Shown here one piece after another: positions 62,076 to 64,000 of a DNA stretch of 64,000 nucleotides (within the stretch, counting starts at the first letter, position 1; the number at the start of each line of letters is the position of its first letter). This DNA is from Phoronis australis (Eukaryota > Animalia > Phoronida). Below the pieces are notes generated by a model that was not told where the DNA came from, ran no database searches, and saw only the letters and a list, made by a program, of their open reading frames with translations. The stretch spans positions 499,129 through 563,128 of the forward strand of contig NMRA01000168.1 of assembly GCA_002633005.1 (NCBI GenBank), read 5' to 3'. A program made the position numbers and the translations under genes.

Positions 62076-62794
62076 GTACATGTAAATTGTAGATTTCTTC
62101 ATGATACCAAAACGCCTACAAACACATGTTCTGTCCAAGAAGCGAACGTTTGATCTAGGCCTTTTTCCGCGACAAAATCTGTGTCAACTTGTTCTTGTCT
62201 CAGACAAGAAGTGATCACCCGGTTTTCAAAGAAATGTCAGTTCGTTGTTAGTTGAGATCTCGGCGCCTTAAATGAAGCGCTGTAATTGTAGCCAATGTGT
62301 GGAGCTTTGGGTCTGTTGAAAAGTGACTTAATACGTTAGACAGGCGTTTGGTCCTGGGCTCTCATTTCACAATTACTGAATACAGGTTTAACCTTGCAAT
62401 TTAGCAAATCACAACCTAGAAGGAATTTATCCAAAATATTCCCTGCAACTAGAAGTAATGGGTGTATTTTCATAGACTTTGTACTTTTGCTTAAGTGGCC
62501 GGGATTTAAATATTTTTTGGAAATAGTTGTATAGAGCGTAAAACCAAAATTCTGACTTTTTTCACTTATTGATGGATCAGACCAATGGTCTCAAGCGATG
62601 ATGAACAGCCGGTTCTATCAAATCCCAGATAAAAATTGAAACCAATTCCATTACAGTGTGTAGTCTAAATTGAACTTGTTTTTATAGCCACTTAAAATTT
62701 CAAACTTTTGTATAATAACTGACCTCTTTCTACTAATGTCACTAACGACGACGACGCGTCTCACCAGATTGTCTCTAATTATCACACAGTCCTG

Positions 62795-63195
62795 GGCCCG
62801 GTCTCTAATCTTTGTACTCGAAACGAACTCGAAACTATTTTTGGCAATTTCTCTGCACCTTTTGTGTGAACTTAAGACAATTGGTTATCAGACTGTGCTC
62901 GAATACATTATAGTTTATGCATAGGAGTTTCTAGTTCAAGTTTGCCCTTGAAGACCCTTATACTCGTGCTACAAACTCGAGTAAAAACTCGAAATTTCGA
63001 GTTCAAACTCGAACTTATTTCTTTAATATTGGGTTTACAAACTGTGAACTAAGGGCAATAAATTATCTACGTAAGTTACTGTGTACTCGAGCATAGAATA
63101 ATAGATACTTATCTTGAGTTCGCCCAAACGTAGAGTAGAAAATGCCAAACCTAATTTCGAGTTCCATTTCGAGTAAAAAGATTGGAGACCGGGCC
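62795..63195. mobile_element. PIF/Harbinger-type MITE
   Basis: GGCCCGGTCTCTAATCTTTGTACTCGAAA ... TTTCGAGTAAAAAGATTGGAGACCGGGCC imperfect TIR of about 60 bp; 3-bp TSD CTG (62792-62794, 63196-63198). Confidence 0.8.
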
Positions 63196-64000
63196 CTGTT
63201 TGAATCATATTTTAGTTCACTGGCTTTCGCCTCTGTATCGTTAGAGATCATTGAAGTTTTTGATGTGCGACGACACCTTCTCGTTTTCGGAAGGATTAGA
63301 AGCACGCAGTGGCTATTTTTACTGTTTCTGGCGTCCTACACTCCATATACACGCAGACTTAACCACTGTTTACGTAAATTGATCAAATGTGTGAATTCTG
63401 GGAAAAGTACATATATTTGAATTACTCCGACAACTGTGGTGTCTCCTATTGACAGTTGTGTCTACGACTGAATCTCCGAAACCTTCTGCAGGATCTTGAG
63501 GAATTTTGAAAAGCGTATTCTGTGAAGACGACGAATTTTGGAAAGATCCGAATACCACTGTGTATGCTAGGGCATTTTTTCATTGTTCTCTTTTCCACCG
63601 TATCGGTAGGTTTCCACGATAGACTTCGTTGATTTTGGCGAACATGTTTTGTTAACGATGTGATAGCACCGCCATGTTTTCAGATGCATTAGGCATAACA
63701 TACGCCACCTGGAGGCCATTTTTTATTTTGTGTCGATATTGAGGGCGCATCTCTTTATCAGCCAAATCACTGTAAGGACTATTGTGAAGTTTGGCAAATT
63801 TATACGTATTCCTTCTACATGTATGGCGCACCATAGTGGCAGTTTTTTTGTTCGCAGATATTTCTCAAGGAATGTTTTGGCATTTGGCAAGACTATTTCT
63901 ATGAAAGTTATAATTCTGGATGACAGATTTTCAAGTTTATCTGCTGCACTCCTTAGTAAGAATCATATTTTACGTTTTCTGCTTTATCTTCTTAATTCCT

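Noticed and set aside
1-64000. CRISPR arrays, rRNA, intact tRNA, autonomous transposon ORFs
   Set aside because: No regularly spaced repeat-spacer array, rRNA-like sequence, complete cloverleaf or RT/transposase ORF was seen. The remaining short ORFs are antisense shadows or intronic noise.

Overview
This window is AT-rich, intron-rich animal DNA with GT-AG spliceosomal introns, MITEs, a solo LTR and microsatellites. It looks like a marine invertebrate, but the species cannot be determined from the sequence. It contains two very large secreted-protein genes arranged head-to-head around a ~3.1 kb intergenic region. Both were assembled by hand from splice sites, with exon phases checked. Gene L (minus strand, ATG 26893, about 20 coding exons down to at least 388, >1500 aa) reads: signal peptide, DUF7029/DUF7223-like beta region, a degenerate Hedgehog-signalling (Hedge)-like module, a ComEC-type metallo-beta-lactamase-fold domain with intact metal motifs, RRKR, a Hedge domain (SLHYEGR, no Hint domain), a catalytically dead peptidase-M15A-like domain and a Cys-rich region. 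One bridging exon of gene L has an in-frame TAG and its second exon is unresolved. Gene R (plus strand, ATG 30042, 26 phase-consistent exons to 62075, ~1330 aa and still open) reads: signal peptide, Vitellogenin_N/large-lipid-transfer module, amphipathic helical region, a degenerate LECT2/M23-like domain and a SAP-like motif. Together the pair carries all three LAS zinc-peptidase folds (lysostaphin/M23, D-Ala-D-Ala/M15, Sonic hedgehog), each with an eroded active site, separated by furin-type sites. This is a candidate secreted, processed microbe-binding or extracellular-matrix system. All domain names come from motif recognition, not database searches.
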